DNA from: Escherichia phage W143 | Sequence record: MZ189262.1 | Reading direction: 5' to 3' (one strand) | DNA length: 64,000 bases | Shown: positions 36,210 to 45,649 of the stretch, one piece after another | Numbering within the stretch: position 1 is the first letter of the stretch | How the letters are laid out: every line of letters starts with the position of its first letter | Position numbers and translations under genes: made by a program | The notes under the pieces: generated by a model | Database searches by the model: none | What the model was told of the DNA's origin: nothing | What the model saw: only the letters and a program-made list of their open reading frames with translations

Positions 36210-36382
36210 TCAAAAACGCTACTCGGCTTACGGCAAAGATATTTCCTCGAATCGATAATTCGGTGCGCCGTTTCTGCTGTGATGTAAGAGGGCATCAACA
36301 AATCATAAAGATTTATTAACGCAATTCCTTACCCAGGGAACATCAGTCCGACGACTTACCGGTAGCGACCCGGTTTCTTGTT

Positions 36383-36459
36383 TGGTCGAGGCAGAAGGAT
36401 TCTAACCTTCAACCAACGGATTAGAAATCCGTTGCTCTATACAATTGAGCTATGCCCCG
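36383..36459 (-). tRNA. tRNA-Arg (anticodon UCU)
   Basis: Hand-folded cloverleaf; anticodon loop TTTCTAA; CCA encoded; unusual T-loop TTAGAAT. Confidence 0.7.
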
Positions 36460-36462
36460 TAA

Positions 36463-37128
36463 TTAAAATTTCATTTTTCGACCTTTAAACCATCCTTCTG
36501 GAATTGGGTCAGTTTTCTTAATACGTTTAGAAACTTTTTCATCTAATGAATGAATCCACATCATACCGAATTGGGAATTCTTTTCACCTTGTTGGTGTTT
36601 ATTTCTGGCGTGAGATTCTTTCATTTTATTAATAGTTTCAGGAGTATGATGCTTATTTAAAAATCTGCTATTATTTAAAAATTTTTCCCTGTATTCAGGA
36701 GTTGACCACAAGCGTTTAAATATATTTGAACCATGTTTACGATATTTTTCTTGAAGTAAAATATCATTTTTAAAACGTGACTTAAACGATTTAGCTCCTT
36801 TTAAACTAGCGTCTTTCTTCTGATTTAGCATCTCAGGAATATTTAAATGGTCCCATCCACCTTCACCGCCAAGTTTTAAATTATACACATCTGGTCTATT
36901 TAAAAACTCTTCTGTGACAATATTTTTCTCGGCTTCAAGCATAGATTCTTTATCATCAAAATACTCTAATATTTCTTTAGAGAAATTTTCTATACCATAC
37001 TTGTCTTGGGCTCTTTTTAATAATTTACCAGAACCCATATATCCATCATCTAAATTTTCGGTAGAATGAGCGCCTATGTAGATTTTATTATTAATTTTAT
37101 TTGTTATTTTATAAATGTAATGGAACAT
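36463..37128 (-). CDS. segB: GIY-YIG homing endonuclease SegB-like, embedded in the tRNA cluster
   Basis: 221 aa; motifs YIYKITN...KIYIGAHS, DDGYMGSG, GGEGG; lies between tRNA-Ile and tRNA-Arg. Confidence 0.8.
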   Translation of the reverse strand: MFHYIYKITNKINNKIYIGAHSTENLDDGYMGSGKLLKRAQDKYGIENFSKEILEYFDDKESMLEAEKNIVTEEFLNRPDVYNLKLGGEGGWDHLNIPEMLNQKKDASLKGAKSFKSRFKNDILLQEKYRKHGSNIFKRLWSTPEYREKFLNNSRFLNKHHTPETINKMKESHARNKHQQGEKNSQFGMMWIHSLDEKVSKRIKKTDPIPEGWFKGRKMKF

Positions 37129-37169
37129 AAATATCTCCTATTTCTAAGAGTATTTATGTTCTCAAAATA

Positions 37170-37241
37170 TGGCCCTGGGTGGAATTGAACCACCATCTGG
37201 CGATTATGAGTCGCTTGCTTGAACCTTCCAGCTACAGGGCC
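37170..37241 (-). tRNA. tRNA-Ile (anticodon CAU, T4-type) or tRNA-Met
   Basis: Perfect acceptor stem GGCCCTG/CAGGGCC; anticodon loop CTCATAA; T-arm GGTGG-TTCAATT-CCACC. Confidence 0.75.
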
Positions 37242-37242
37242 T

Positions 37243-37318
37243 TGGTGCTGATTGACGGAATCGAACCGCCGACGTCCTCATTACAAGTGAGGTGCTCTAC
37301 CTACTGAGCTAAATCAGC
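37243..37318 (-). tRNA. tRNA-Thr (anticodon UGU)
   Basis: Anticodon loop CTTGTAA; CCA encoded. Confidence 0.8.
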
Positions 37319-37325
37319 GAAATTA

Positions 37326-37412
37326 CGGAGGCGATAGGATTTGAACCTATGAGTCGCCGGAGCGACTGCCGGTTTTCAAGACCGGTGCATTAAACCACTC
37401 TGCCACGCCTCC
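37326..37412 (-). tRNA. tRNA-Ser (anticodon UGA), long variable arm
   Basis: Anticodon loop CTTGAAA; 87 nt; 2-nt spacer to tRNA-Pro. Confidence 0.8.
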
Positions 37413-37414
37413 AG

Positions 37415-37488
37415 TCTCCGCGGCAGGATTTGAACCTGCGACATTCTGCTCCCAAAGCAGACGCTCTACCAAACTGAGCTACACGGAG
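37415..37488 (-). tRNA. tRNA-Pro (anticodon UGG)
   Basis: Anticodon loop TTTGGGA; T-arm GCAGG-TTCAAAT-CCTGC. Confidence 0.8.
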
Positions 37489-37498
37489 TAAATTAAAT

Positions 37499-37572
<74 letters not shown>

Positions 37573-37577
37573 AAATT

Positions 37578-37664
37578 TGGTGCGAGAAGTGGGACTCGAA
37601 CCCACAAGGAAATCATTCCGCAGCATTTTAAGTGCTGTGCCTTTACCAATTTGACCATTCTCGC
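37578..37664 (-). tRNA. tRNA-Leu (anticodon UAA), long variable arm
   Basis: Anticodon loop CTTAAAA; CCA encoded. Confidence 0.8.
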
Positions 37665-37665
37665 G

Positions 37666-37738
37666 CTGGGAATAAAGGACTCGAACCTTTGCATCTAGCA
37701 GTCAAAGTGCTATGCCTTACCAACTTGGCTAATTCCCA
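37666..37738 (-). tRNA. tRNA-Gln (anticodon UUG)
   Basis: Anticodon loop CTTTGAC; 1-nt spacer to tRNA-Leu. Confidence 0.8.
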
Positions 37739-37835
37739 ATTATTAACAAAGGCTCTCAAACAAGAACCCTTGATGATAGAGGGTATTAATCAGTGCGATA
37801 TGAGTTAATAATAACAAATAATTCTTAAAGCATAT

Positions 37836-38123
37836 TTACCATTTATGATGATACATATTTACGATGCATTCAAGACCCAAAGGATTCTTGAAAATATCAT
37901 ATTCAAGAGGACCTTTTTCTGTTTCAATAAAGAAATCAAAGTTAACTGTGTTAAATTTACGGTCTTCCTTCACTAATTTAACTTGAGAAGATGAACGGTC
38001 AATGTAAACCTTTTCAACTTCAAAACACGTTAAAATGCCATAATCATCAATCAAGGCTTTAGTTGCTTCTTGATCATATTTATATCCATTTTCAATGGAT
38101 GATACTTTAGCATAAAGAATCAT
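37836..38123 (-). CDS. Hypothetical protein (95 aa)
   Basis: ORF upstream of the tRNA cluster. Confidence 0.5.
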   Translation of the reverse strand: MILYAKVSSIENGYKYDQEATKALIDDYGILTCFEVEKVYIDRSSSQVKLVKEDRKFNTVNFDFFIETEKGPLEYDIFKNPLGLECIVNMYHHKW

Positions 38124-38125
38124 TA

Positions 38126-38308
38126 TTAACCTTTAGAAATTTTATCCATAACGATAGCAATTAAACCAATTAAAAATGCTACTACAAGTGAAAACACATT
38201 TTCTGCTGTAGTTAATAATCCGCATATAAATCCAACAAACATTGAAAAACTAAAAGCGGAAGCAGAAATTGCAATAGCAACATTTCGAATTAATTCACAA
38301 CGTTTCAT
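38126..38308 (-). CDS. Small membrane protein (60 aa)
   Basis: Two hydrophobic segments; ATG with SD GAGGAG. Confidence 0.45.
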   Translation of the reverse strand: MKRCELIRNVAIAISASAFSFSMFVGFICGLLTTAENVFSLVVAFLIGLIAIVMDKISKG

Positions 38309-38336
38309 TTTATTCTCCTCAGTAGTTGATAGGGTA

Positions 38337-38366
38337 ATAATATCACTACCCCATCTAAAAGTAAAC
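38337..38366 (-). promoter_or_regulatory. Early promoter GTTTAC-N18-TATTAT
   Basis: -35 at 38361-38366, -10 at 38337-38342. Confidence 0.5.
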
Positions 38367-38376
38367 GGTTTATAAA

Positions 38377-38685
38377 CTATTTTATTCCGCGTGATGCAAT
38401 TGTATTCTGTCGTTTAGCACCAGTTTGTTTAAAGTCATGATTGTCGATTTGATCGGTACGAGCAACTCCGAATGATGATTTAATCTTAGCTTTAGATCCT
38501 TTAGTTATAGAAATAAACATCTCGGAAGCCCCTTTCTTAAAGTCCAAAGCAATTACTTCAACACCGTTCTTAGCAAGTGACTTCAGAATTGCCTCCGCGT
38601 ATTCATCATCAAGACTCGCCTGAGTATTAATAACGAATGTCTTTGGTGCAGCCGCTTCATTGATAAATTCTTTAAATGTTTTCAT
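38377..38685 (-). CDS. Internal-protein-like capsid-targeted protein (102 aa)
   Basis: Leader MKTFKEFINE|A; SD AGGA. Confidence 0.65.
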   Translation of the reverse strand: MKTFKEFINEAAAPKTFVINTQASLDDEYAEAILKSLAKNGVEVIALDFKKGASEMFISITKGSKAKIKSSFGVARTDQIDNHDFKQTGAKRQNTIASRGIK

Positions 38686-38745
38686 TTTATTTTCCTAATT
38701 AATTTTGATGAGATAATAGTACCACAACCCTATTTAAAAGTAAAC

Positions 38746-39018
38746 TCATTTTAAATAAATTGCATATTTTTTATAACCCGCTGACTCATGACGAAGACCC
38801 TTATCATTAGCAAAACGCTCAATGTTGTTAATTTGATTCTGGTCAAGTTCAGAGATGTCAAACACGAAAAAGTTACGTTTGTTACCAACTGTTACATAGT
38901 CAGTTAAATCAATATCATATAGGTAATTGATGTCAGCAATCAAAGTCTTGACAGCTTTGCTAATTTTTACTTTTTCGTTAAAAGCAGCTTCATTGATAAA
39001 TTCTTTAAATGTTTTCAT
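38746..39018 (-). CDS. Internal-protein-like capsid-targeted protein (90 aa) at the ipI locus
   Basis: Track start is TTG 39030; ATG 39018 follows GGAGAATAAA; leader MKTFKEFINE|A. Confidence 0.65.
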   Translation of the reverse strand: MKTFKEFINEAAFNEKVKISKAVKTLIADINYLYDIDLTDYVTVGNKRNFFVFDISELDQNQINNIERFANDKGLRHESAGYKKYAIYLK

Positions 39019-39054
39019 TTTATTCTCCAATCACTCATTTGTTTTGATAGGGTA

Positions 39055-39083
39055 ATAGTATCACAACTAAAACCCCGTGTAAA
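39055..39083 (-). promoter_or_regulatory. Early promoter TTTACA-N17-TACTAT
   Basis: -35 at 39078-39083, -10 at 39055-39060. Confidence 0.5.
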
Positions 39084-39096
39084 TAACTTTGTGAAA

Positions 39097-39793
<697 letters not shown>

Positions 39794-39794
<1 letters not shown>

Positions 39795-40507
39795 TATAGT
39801 ACCTTTAGTGTATTTTTAATTTTAGAAAAAAGTTCTTCAAGAGAACCATCGTTTGTAATTACTAAATCGCCATCACGAATTGGCAATCCAGCTTCTGTAA
39901 TATGAGTATCATTGGATTTTTGACCAGGACGAACTACATGAATTACTGTAGCACCCATCGCCCTAGCCGCATCCATTTCATGATCTTGACGAGTATCAGG
40001 AACGATATAATAATCATAACCTGAGTTAAATTTATCAAGATAATCTAAAGCAAATAATTTTACCCAATACATGCGGTCGAAGTTATTAACAATCAAATCC
40101 GTACCTAGGGCTTGCATCAGACGACGGACTGACCATTGATCTTCAATATTATTTATAACGTCAGCAATCTTGTTAAATGCTACGAAATTAACTGCGTCAT
40201 CAAAAACAAACACGCCTTTAATTGGGCTTTTACTATTAAGATAGCAAAATGCTTGTTCCATAATCGTAATTACTTCTAATTTAGTCAGATTTAAATTAGT
40301 CTCGCGATCATAGTCAATTCCTTCAAACTCTTTACGAGTTAAACAAGGATAGTCAGTGTTTGCTGCAAATACGCCCCATGCATAAGCCAATGCATCTTTA
40401 ATAGGACCAGCAAGTTGATATTTAACTGCAGAATAATTATTCATAATAAAATCTGCAGTAGTATCTTTTCCACTACGCTTTACACCACTTAAAAAGATTA
40501 GTTTCAT
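39794..40507 (-). CDS. 1: Deoxynucleoside monophosphate kinase gp1
   Basis: 237 aa; P-loop LSGVKRSGKDT. Confidence 0.9.
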
Positions 40508-40556
40508 ATGTTTCTCCTCAAATTTAGTTAAGATTATAACACATGAAACTGAAGCA

Positions 40557-41087
40557 TTAAACTTCTGCTATAATTTTACCATCTTTTTCTACTTGAAAAT
40601 ACGTATAAGGAATCGTTGCTGTACATACTAAAGCTGGGTCTGAATCTTCCGTGTAGCTAAATTCTACTTCAGACAGGTCAGAAACCCAAGGCTTATAAAA
40701 ATTTATTGACATCACGATTTCAGTTTTACTGTTATCTAAAATGTAAAGCGTAATGTATTCAGGACCTGTTTTTTGAGCAGTATTTTCGCCTGTAAGATAG
40801 TTACTAGTTCCTAACATCCATTCATACATTCCTATCCACGACTTAAGTTCTTCATCAACTATAAATCTCACGATGAGTGGGTCGTACTCAAATGTAACAC
40901 CTGGACGTTGTGCTCGGCCTAGTCCAAACGGCCCAGTCACGGTATCAGTAACAGGTATCCTAATTCCTGGAATAGGAACTGACTGAGCATTTAAAGTAAA
41001 AGCAGATGTAGTATTACTATGCGGTATTGATACTACAAAGTTAGTTGTATTTGCTTGGTTAAAAATTTGTTGCAGAGCTTGTGACAT
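40557..41087 (-). CDS. 3: Tail completion / sheath stabiliser gp3
   Basis: ATG 41087 with SD GAGGAA gives 176 aa, the T4 gp3 length as I recall; the track start at 41168 is probably over-extended. Confidence 0.8.
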   Translation of the reverse strand: MSQALQQIFNQANTTNFVVSIPHSNTTSAFTLNAQSVPIPGIRIPVTDTVTGPFGLGRAQRPGVTFEYDPLIVRFIVDEELKSWIGMYEWMLGTSNYLTGENTAQKTGPEYITLYILDNSKTEIVMSINFYKPWVSDLSEVEFSYTEDSDPALVCTATIPYTYFQVEKDGKIIAEV

Positions 41088-41193
41088 ATATTCCTCATAA
41101 TGCTTTATAAATGTTGGTGGTATAATGGGTCTAAGTCCCTTCCATTCAATTCCAATTAGAACAAACAATAGAAAAGAATGGAAGATAATAGAA

Positions 41194-42018
41194 TTAAATA
41201 TTTGACCAGACTTTGTTTGCAGAGAAACGTTTTCCTTTTGAAACGAACTGCTGAAGTGGCATCAACACAACGTTCGCCCAGTCTTTCGGGGCGATTTCAA
41301 CAAGGCTACCCATAATATTACCAGGTATATATGCCTTAATCATTTGGTCTGCACCCCTAAATCCTTTCACTTGACTCCAATCAATTTTTAATTTCGTTTT
41401 ATTAGTAATAGTAGGTGTATTTGAATATTGCTTTAAAAGCTCTTCTAGAAATTGCTGACGAGCTTTAGGTGGAATATAGTGCAAGTTCAATCCGTACATT
41501 AAATTATGTTTACCTAAACCGAGGTAAATTATCAAAGGAAATTTATCCCAGTAAGGAAGAGTTTCTTTGTGTTTAGCATCGTAAGCAAAAGCATATATTC
41601 GTCCCGGCTGCGGGCGAACAACTTTATGTCCTTTTACTTGCTTAATAGTTTCAGCAAACCACTTTCTGGTTTTATTATTAATTGCTGCACCTTCATTACG
41701 AATTTTATCACGCAATGTTTGCCTGAATGAATTTATCATAAGCAGTTGTCTTTCTTGCTTATTGAGTTTATTCATTGGTTTTGATTCAAGCTTTTGAATC
41801 TTTTCAGCTGTTTTAATTCCTGAAGCATATTTTGACATTGCCGAAGTAAACGTAGAATATTTAATTCCTCTTTCTTCAGCAAATTGCTTTCCTGTCATTC
41901 CTTTTGCTTTGGCCTTTTTGTATTCAAGACCTATCTGAATCCATTTCTTTTCGTTTAATGATTGCTTAACCTTTGGAACTTGGGGAGTGCTTTCATTAAT
42001 TATTTGAAAAATAGCCAT
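41194..42018 (-). CDS. 2: DNA end-protector protein gp2
   Basis: 274 aa; gene order 3-2-4 as in T4. Confidence 0.85.
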   Translation of the reverse strand: MAIFQIINESTPQVPKVKQSLNEKKWIQIGLEYKKAKAKGMTGKQFAEERGIKYSTFTSAMSKYASGIKTAEKIQKLESKPMNKLNKQERQLLMINSFRQTLRDKIRNEGAAINNKTRKWFAETIKQVKGHKVVRPQPGRIYAFAYDAKHKETLPYWDKFPLIIYLGLGKHNLMYGLNLHYIPPKARQQFLEELLKQYSNTPTITNKTKLKIDWSQVKGFRGADQMIKAYIPGNIMGSLVEIAPKDWANVVLMPLQQFVSKGKRFSANKVWSNI

Positions 42019-42470
42019 TATGCCCCCTTAAAGCCAAGAGCTCGTAATCCATCTTCTGTTAGAATTCTAAATTTTATTCCACGCTTTTCAGCTAACGATT
42101 GCGCTGCTTTCCATTTATCAGTGTTAACAGAATATGTATAAATTTCATTCATAAATCTTTTCTTCGCTGCGGTTGTTAGATGTGCTGGTTTAACTGGTGG
42201 TTGTGTTTCTTTTTTAGGCTTTATTTCAATAAAAAATTCTTGTCCAGAAGAATCTTTCATCCAAATATCCATGAAGTATCTACGTTTTTTCCCTTCTGCA
42301 TTACAAAAATAAGGAATTACTGCTGTTTCACTACCCCATGCAATAATTTCTGGATTTTTATCTAACCATTCAAAAAAGAATTTTTCCCAATTTGATCTAT
42401 ACGTAATTTTTTTAGGGTCACCTCTATATTTTGATATATTTTTAGGAACCCATTTTCCAGAATATGCCAT
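42018..42470 (-). CDS. 4: Head completion protein gp4
   Basis: 150 aa; divergent from gene 53. Confidence 0.85.
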   Translation of the reverse strand: MAYSGKWVPKNISKYRGDPKKITYRSNWEKFFFEWLDKNPEIIAWGSETAVIPYFCNAEGKKRRYFMDIWMKDSSGQEFFIEIKPKKETQPPVKPAHLTTAAKKRFMNEIYTYSVNTDKWKAAQSLAEKRGIKFRILTEDGLRALGFKGA

Positions 42471-42481
42471 TGGATTCTCCT

Positions 42482-42489
42482 TATAAATA
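42482..42489 (+). promoter_or_regulatory. Late promoter TATAAATA for gene 53
   Basis: Exact match about 30 nt upstream of the gp53 ATG. Confidence 0.65.
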
Positions 42490-42496
42490 GATAATA

Positions 42497-42504
42497 TATT
42501 TATA
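42497..42504 (-). promoter_or_regulatory. Late promoter TATAAATA for gene 4
   Basis: Exact reverse-complement match in the divergent 4/53 intergenic region. Confidence 0.6.
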
Positions 42505-42517
42505 AACAGGAGGGCCC

Positions 42518-43108
42518 ATGCTCTTTACATTTTTTGATCCGATTGAATATGCGGCCAAAACGGTGAATAAAAACGCGCCGACTATTCCTATGACAGATAT
42601 TTTTAGAAACTATAAAGACTATTTCAAACGTGCTCTTGCGGGATACCGCTTACGTACTTATTATATTAAAGGTTCACCACGCCCGGAAGAATTAGCAAAT
42701 GCTATATATGGAAATCCGCAGTTGTATTGGGTTTTATTGATGTGTAATGATAATTATGATCCGTATTATGGATGGATTACTTCGCAAGAAGCTGCTTATC
42801 AAGCATCTATACAAAAATACAAAAACGTAGGTGGAGACCAAATAGTATATCATGTGAATGAAAACGGTGAAAAATTTTATAATTTAGTATCATATGATGA
42901 TAATCCATATGTTTGGTATGACAAAGGCGATAAAGCTAGAAAATATCCTCAATATGAAGGAGCACTTGCTGCGGTCGATACGTATGAAGCTGCTGTTCTT
43001 GAAAATGAAAAACTTCGTCAAATAAAAATAATAGCAAAATCAGACATCAATTCATTTATGAACGACCTTATACGTATAATGGAGAAATCTTATGGAAATG
43101 ATAAGTAA
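42518..43108 (+). CDS. 53: Baseplate wedge protein gp53
   Basis: 196 aa; gene order and size as in T4. Confidence 0.9.
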   Translation: MLFTFFDPIEYAAKTVNKNAPTIPMTDIFRNYKDYFKRALAGYRLRTYYIKGSPRPEELANAIYGNPQLYWVLLMCNDNYDPYYGWITSQEAAYQASIQKYKNVGGDQIVYHVNENGEKFYNLVSYDDNPYVWYDKGDKARKYPQYEGALAAVDTYEAAVLENEKLRQIKIIAKSDINSFMNDLIRIMEKSYGNDK

Positions 43109-44819
43109 TAACCTTAATTGGTTTGTTGGTGTTGTTGAAGATAGAATGGACCCATTAAAATTAGGTCGTGTTCGTGTTCGTGTAGTTGGTCTGCATCCAC
43201 CTCAAAGAGCCCAAGGCGATGTAATGGGTATTCCAACTGATAAATTACCATGGATGTCAGTTATTCAACCTATAACTTCTGCAGCAATGTCTGGAATTGG
43301 AGGCTCCGTTACTGGTCCGGTAGAAGGAACTAGAGTTTATGGTCATTTTTTAGACAAATGGAAAACTAACGGAATTGTCCTTGGTACGTATGGCGGAATA
43401 GTTCGCGAAAAACCTAATAGACTTGAAGGATTTTCTGACCCGACTGGACAGTATCCTAGACGTCTAGGAAATGATACTAACGTATTAAACCAAGGCGGAG
43501 AAGTAGGATATGATTCGTCTTCTAATATTATCCAAGATAGTAATTTAGACACTGCAATAAATCCAGATGATAGACCGCTATCAGAGATTCCAACTGATGA
43601 TAATCCAAATATGTCAATGGCTGAAATGCTTCGCCGTGATGAAGGATTAAGACTAAAAGTTTATTGGGACACAGAAGGATATCCGACAATTGGTATTGGT
43701 CATCTTATCATGAAGCAGCCAGTTCGTGATATGACCCAAATTAATAAAGTTTTATCAAAACAAGTTGGTCGTGAAATTACCGGAAATCCAGGTTCTATTA
43801 CAATGGAAGAAGCGGTAACTTTATTTGAACGCGATTTGGCTGATATGCAACGTGACATTAAATCACATTCTAAAGTTGGCCCAGTTTGGCAAGCAGTTAA
43901 TCGTTCTCGTCAAATGGCGTTAGAAAATATGGCATTCCAAATGGGCGTTGGTGGCGTAGCTAAATTTAACACAATGTTAACTGCTATGTTAGCCGGAGAT
44001 TGGGAAAAAGCATACAAAGCCGGTCGTGATTCATTATGGTATCAACAAACAAAAGGCCGTGCATCCCGTGTTACCATGATTATTCTTACAGGTAATTTGG
44101 AATCATACGGTATTGAAGTTAAAACACCGGCTAGGTCTTTGTCAGCAATGGCTGCTGCTGTAGCAAAGTCTTCTGATCCAGCTGACCCTCCTATTCCGAA
44201 TGATTCGAGAATTTTATTCAAAGAACCTGTTTCTTCATATAAAGGTGAATATCCGTATGTTCATACAATGGAAACTGAAAGCGGTCATATTCAGGAATTT
44301 GACGATACCCCGGGACAAGAACGATACAGATTAGTTCATCCGACTGGAACATATGAGGAAGTATCACCGTCAGGAAGAAGAACAAGAAAAACTGTTGATA
44401 ATTTGTATGATATAACAAATGCTGATGGTAATTTTTTGGTAGCTGGCGATAAAAAGACTAACGTCGGTGGATCAGAAATTTATTACAACATGGATAATCG
44501 TCTCCATCAAATAGATGGAAGCAATACAATATTTGTACGTGGCGATGAAACTAAGACAGTTGAAGGTAATGGAACTATCCTAGTAAAAGGTAATGTTACT
44601 ATTGTAGTTGAAGGTAATGCTGACATTACAGTTAAAGGGGATGCTACTACTTTAGTTGAAGGAAATCAAACTAATACAGTAAATGGAAATCTTTCTTGGA
44701 AAGTTGCTGGGACAGTTGATTGGGACGTTGGTGGTGATTGGACAGAAAAAATGGCATCTATGAGTTCTATTTCATCTGGTCAATACACAATTGATGGATC
44801 GAGGATTGACATTGGCTAA
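43092..44819 (+). CDS. 5: Baseplate hub / cell-puncturing device gp5 (OB fold, lysozyme domain, beta-helix)
   Basis: 575 aa; lysozyme-like EGLRLKVYWDTEGYPTIGIGH; C-terminal VxGxxxxx beta-helix repeats. Confidence 0.95.
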   Translation: MEMISNNLNWFVGVVEDRMDPLKLGRVRVRVVGLHPPQRAQGDVMGIPTDKLPWMSVIQPITSAAMSGIGGSVTGPVEGTRVYGHFLDKWKTNGIVLGTYGGIVREKPNRLEGFSDPTGQYPRRLGNDTNVLNQGGEVGYDSSSNIIQDSNLDTAINPDDRPLSEIPTDDNPNMSMAEMLRRDEGLRLKVYWDTEGYPTIGIGHLIMKQPVRDMTQINKVLSKQVGREITGNPGSITMEEAVTLFERDLADMQRDIKSHSKVGPVWQAVNRSRQMALENMAFQMGVGGVAKFNTMLTAMLAGDWEKAYKAGRDSLWYQQTKGRASRVTMIILTGNLESYGIEVKTPARSLSAMAAAVAKSSDPADPPIPNDSRILFKEPVSSYKGEYPYVHTMETESGHIQEFDDTPGQERYRLVHPTGTYEEVSPSGRRTRKTVDNLYDITNADGNFLVAGDKKTNVGGSEIYYNMDNRLHQIDGSNTIFVRGDETKTVEGNGTILVKGNVTIVVEGNADITVKGDATTLVEGNQTNTVNGNLSWKVAGTVDWDVGGDWTEKMASMSSISSGQYTIDGSRIDIG

Positions 44820-44853
44820 TATACTTCCAATGAGCGCTGATTTAGGAGAATCC

Positions 44854-45348
44854 ATGGAAGGTTCTTCTATCGACGTCACCTTTACCGCTCAATTAGAAAC
44901 GGGTGAAACGTTAGTATCTATAAATATAACTAGTTACGAAGAAACTCCTGGGGTTTTAGTAGAAGAAAATCATTTATATGGAACGTATGAATCTGTGTTT
45001 GGATTTGGAAATGACGCATTGAAATATCGTTTAGATGATGAATTTAAAACTGCTGCTTCATGGGAAGACCTTCCAACTGATTCTAATACTCAGTTATATC
45101 TATGGAAAGCTCCTCAAAACCTCCAGAAGACATTCACTTACGAAGTAACATTAATATATGACTACCAAGAACAAAGTGAATCTGGAGGTTCTGGTAGTAA
45201 TTCTAGGTCATCTTCTGATACTACTGAACCAACGGATCCTCCTGCTCCAATAAGAAAAACTCTTGTTAAAAATTACACAAAAACTATAGTTGGAAATTGG
45301 AGTCGTTGGGCTAATAAATTGAGAAGCTACGTATATGAGAGGCAATAA
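44854..45348 (+). CDS. 5.1: gp5.1-like hypothetical protein
   Basis: Track start is TTG 44791 inside gp5; ATG 44854 with SD AGGAG chosen (164 aa). Confidence 0.5.
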
Positions 45349-45641
45349 TGTCAGGATTAAGTTATGATAAGTGTGTTACTGCTGGCCATGAAGCGTGGCC
45401 TCCAACAGTTGTGAATGCTACACAAAGTAAAGTATTCACTGGAGGAATTGCTGTTCTCGTAGCAGGTGATCCAATTACAGAACATACAGAAATTAAAAAG
45501 CCATATGAAACACATGGCGGAGTGACACAACCTAGAACTTCTAAGGTATATGTCACTGGAAAGAAAGCTGTTCAAATGGCTGATCCAATATCATGTGGTG
45601 ATACTGTGGCTCAGGCATCATCTAAAGTATTCATTAAATAG
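45348..45641 (+). CDS. 5.4: PAAR-repeat spike-tip protein gp5.4
   Basis: 97 aa; small protein following gp5; same size as T4 gp5.4. Confidence 0.8.
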
Positions 45642-45649
45642 GATTTAAA

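Noticed and set aside
44500-44720. Periodic nucleotide repeats in the 3' part of gene 5
   Set aside because: The periodicity reflects the VxGxxxxx beta-helix repeats of the gp5 needle at protein level; not a CRISPR array or non-coding tandem repeat
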